A stretch of 64,000 nt of DNA from the human T2T-CHM13v2.0 reference genome, Homo sapiens. A program made the position numbers and the translations under genes. The notes under the pieces are model-generated. The model made no database searches. It was given only the letters and a program-made list of their open reading frames with translations, and was not told the origin of the DNA. Shown here in pieces: positions 60,291-64,000 of this stretch (position 1 is its first letter; the number at the start of each line of letters is the position of its first letter). The stretch is from assembly GCF_009914755.1 (NCBI RefSeq), contig NC_060946.1; one strand, written 5' to 3'.

Positions 60291-60813
60291 CACTTCCTCC
60301 TATTTAAGCACCTCTGTCCCCTGTTTACTAGACAGTAGTAAGTACTCAAGGGAACACATCATTTTCTTTTTATATGTTGACTATAGCCTTAAAAGGCAAA
60401 CACGCACTCTTATATTGCTACCAACTCTTTGTTATCTACATTAAAAAAGGGACGAGGAGTGTGAATAATTCAGAAGAGCTGATGAAAATCCTCAGCTCTG
60501 GGAAGCAGCATGTGGCATTTTTTTCCCTACAAATTCCCCTTAACTGTGAATACGTATTAACTGATGATTCCAGAGCTATACACCTGAGCCACTAGAAAGC
60601 TAACTCTGGATTACTAAGAGAAGCTACGATAGGATGAAAAATTGGAAAGTGGCTACAAACTTATATCCCTCAACCCCTCCACACCCCTCTCTGTCCCATC
60701 ATCACCCAACAAGTACTAAAGACGCACTCTAACCTCTAGGAAAGTTGTCCAATAAAAAGGGCTGAACTCGGTGGAGTAGAGCTACAAAAACATACATATA
60801 ATGCACAAAGAAT

Positions 60814-61106
60814 TCTTTTTTTGAGACAGTCTCGCTCTGTTGCCCAGGCTGGAGTGCAGTGGTGCAATCTTGGCTCACTGGGTTCAAGCGCGATTCTCCT
60901 GCCTCAGCCTCCCGAATAGCTGGGAATACAGGCACCTGCCACCAATATTAGCAAATATTAGCACCCGCCCGGCTAATTTTGTATTTTTAGTAGAGATGGG
61001 GTTTCACCATATGGGCCAGGATGGTCTCGAACTCCTGACCTTGTGATCCGCCTGCCTCAGCCTCCCACAGTGCTGGGATTACAGGCGTGAGCCACTGTGC
61101 CGGGCC
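60814..61106 (-). mobile_element. Alu (AluS) with an internal deletion and a small insertion
   Basis: Lacks CAACCTCCGCCTCCC; carries AATATTAGCA twice at 60944-60963. Confidence 0.93.
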
Positions 61107-61735
61107 GCCCAGAGAATTTTGTATACAACTTCTGAGAGAGTCTGAGAATCCCTGGAATCTACCCACAGACCCGGAGTAAGAAGCTCTTAGGAAGGAGAAT
61201 GCATGGCCTCAGTCCTGCACTATGTCTGTATCCCACAGATACAATATACCTTAAAGAAGAAGGGGGAGACCTGGGTCAACAAGAGCAGCTTCATCTGGAA
61301 AAATCAGGCTACAAAGTCAGACAGCAGTGAGCAGGACTGGCCTGAAGATTATAAGGAGAACTGGGTGATGCCCCAAATTCACTCTCCTTGCTGTCGTTAG
61401 ATCACTCCAACTCCTACAGATTTTTCTGGGATCTGAGGCACCCTCTCTTCTCAAGGCAATGGGAACCAGGATTTGACTTGAGGAAATCATACAGCTGAGA
61501 AGATCTGGCAACTTCATACCTTAAGCCAAGAAGCTAGAATAATGGTTAATGTGCATGAAGTCCTTTATGCTGAGCGCTGCTCTAAATACGTGGCATAGAG
61601 GAACTCATCTGTGTGTCACACAAATCCCAGGAATTACATATTGTGATCATCATCCCTATGTGAGAAAATTGAATCCCAAACAGGTTAAATCAACAGCCCA
61701 AGGTCACACGCCAGCAAATGGCAGACACAGGATTT

Positions 61736-62016
61736 GTTTTTGTTTTGAGACACTCTCACTCTGTCGCCTAGGCTGGAGTGCAGTGACACCATCTCAGCTC
61801 ACTGCAACCTCCGCCTCCCAGGTTCAGGCAATTCTCATGCCTCAGCCTCCTGAATAAAGGCACATGCCACCATGCCTGGCTAATTTTTGTATTTTTAGCA
61901 GAGATGGAGTTTCACCATGTTGGCCAGGCTGATCTCGAACTCCTGACCTCAGGTGTTGCGCTGGCCTCGGCCTCCCAAAAGGTTGGGATCACAGGCACGA
62001 CCCACCGCGCCCGGCC
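61736..62016 (-). mobile_element. Alu (AluS) inserted in an antisense MIR
   Basis: TSD CACAGGATTTG; MIR resumes at GGATTTGAACCCAGG. Confidence 0.93.
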
Positions 62017-62279
62017 TCAGGCACAGGATTTGAACCCAGGCTGACTGGCTCTGGAGTCTGGGCCCTTCTCCCCTAGTGTTGATCATGATAGTGTCCAATA
62101 TTCTTGTTCTCCAATGAGGCCCTCCCAGGTCACCAGGCCAAGGAGAATTCACTAGAACAGGAGTGGAAGTGTAACTGCACCCCCTGAGGGGACTGGAGTG
62201 GGGCAGAGAAAGGGGTGTGGTACTGACCGTGGGGGTTTAAGTGTTAATTCTGATCACATCCTGACATACATCAAAAGAG

Positions 62280-62450
62280 ACGGTCATGTGTACATATATC
62301 CAGGGACCCGCACATCCAGGGACCAACATCCTAGATGTTTCTGCCCCTGGATGTGTACACATATGACTGTACAACTAGCTGACCAGATGGAAGTCAGCTA
62401 GTTGGAACTTACCTAAAACAAGACAGCTAGTTGGAATTTGTTTTAGGCAA
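62280..62450. other. Cluster of three adjacent inverted repeats
   Basis: 62281-62305/62345-62369 (25-bp imperfect), 62372-62383/62393-62404 (12-bp perfect), 62412-62421/62438-62447 (10-bp perfect). Confidence 0.9.
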
Positions 62451-62626
62451 AAGAAAAGAAAAGAAACACTTTCACAGGCAGCTTGATTCCACAGAGCACT
62501 CTGGCTTTCTGCAGATTAAAAAAAAATCTCATGGATATGCTCAAGCTGAAGAATGAAGATCCAAGTCAAGACAGAGGAATCCTGACTCACTGCAATGATC
62601 TCTGGCAATTCTGCAGGTCCCTGAGC

Positions 62627-62666
62627 TGCGTGCGTGCGCGCGCGTGTGTGTGTGTGTGTGTGTGTG
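62627..62666. repeat. Alternating purine-pyrimidine tract (TGCG)n(CG)n(TG)n
   Basis: TGCGTGCGTGCGCGCGCGTGTGTG..., 40 bp uninterrupted. Confidence 0.95.
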
Positions 62667-62847
62667 GTCACATATGCCTCAGAGAGGAGCATGCCTCAAA
62701 GGAGACCCAGGGGGGCTCCCTGGGGTTGGAGGGAGGAACAGCCAAGGCATAATTTCTGCCCCAGAGACAATGAGTTTAAAAGCTCCACTCTGCCACGGGG
62801 ATATCTAAATTATACTTACAGAAACCTCAACTCTTTATTCATTTGCA

Positions 62848-62863
62848 CCAGAAGGGGGCACTG
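62848..62863 (+). promoter_or_regulatory. Candidate CTCF site
   Basis: CCAGAAGGGGGCACTG, 13/14 match to CCASYAGRKGGCRS. Confidence 0.45.
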
Positions 62864-63370
62864 TTACCTCTAAAACGCATCTCAGGCCACAGGTCCCCAT
62901 AAAATAAAGTACCAGCCCCTGCACTGGCTCCCGAAGACACCCAGGTTCCCTCTCAGGCTCCAGACACTCCCCACCCACACTGGGAGTTTATTCCCAAATT
63001 GAAAAAACAAAAACACGTAAATGATGATTCTCTCCCAGCTTTCTTTGAAATCACTATTTTTACATCCTTGACTGCTCTTCTTAAAAGCAAGTCTGTCATT
63101 TAACCAAAAGAGGAAACATAGTATTTTAGAAGTGAAAAACAAGGAAAAAAAAGAGAAAGAAAACAATTCATTCTTTGAGAGGCTGATCTACATGGCCACA
63201 TCACCAGCCCACATTCTGTTTATGACGCTGGGTAAAAAGAGAACATTTCCAAGTCGTGTTCTTAAGCACAGGGGAATTTGTCTCTTCTTGATATTTAGTT
63301 TAAGTAGCATTTTCTTTTCCTTAGGATTAAGAAGTTTGTACTCCCTGGCTTCCTCTTGCTGAGAGGCTAA

Positions 63371-63784
<414 letters not shown>

Positions 63785-64000
63785 CAGTGCTTCTTAAACC
63801 ATCCTGTACCTGAGATTCATGGGGGTGGCTGTTCTCCAAATCCCACAATCCCGCAGGGAGACAGCAAGCTTCTGCTCTCTGACAAGCACGGGAGGGGACT
63901 CTGAACTCTCTGCAGAACACAGCAGTGCTGAGCTGGGCCATCTCTAACTCACTTCCCCACCAACACCTGCCCCCACTGCCCACCTGGGCATTGAGCTGAG

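Overview
Primate, most likely human, non-coding genomic DNA (intronic or intergenic). It is dense in interspersed repeats: about 38 Alu/FLAM pieces, young and old L1 fragments, L2/MIR/L3, MaLR and ERV1 solo LTRs, and hAT and Tigger MITEs, plus microsatellites. I recognised no protein-coding exon, RNA gene or pseudogene, and I cannot name the host locus. Most listed ORFs are Alu, L1 or simple-repeat read-throughs. I found no convincing novel multi-gene system. The best unexplained structures are: (i) three abutting inverted repeats with alternative pairing partners at 62280-62450; (ii) a 3x127-bp tandem repeat that multiplies a consensus 5' splice site downstream of a strong acceptor (2866-3329); (iii) a duplication with apparently reciprocal loss of Tigger3 and MER2 (57217-58161); (iv) templated-insertion repair scars; (v) a nearly abutting inverted Alu pair; and (vi) several motif-dense enhancer-like segments. 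Repeat family and subfamily calls come from recalled consensus sequences, not a RepeatMasker run, and boundaries of old elements are approximate.
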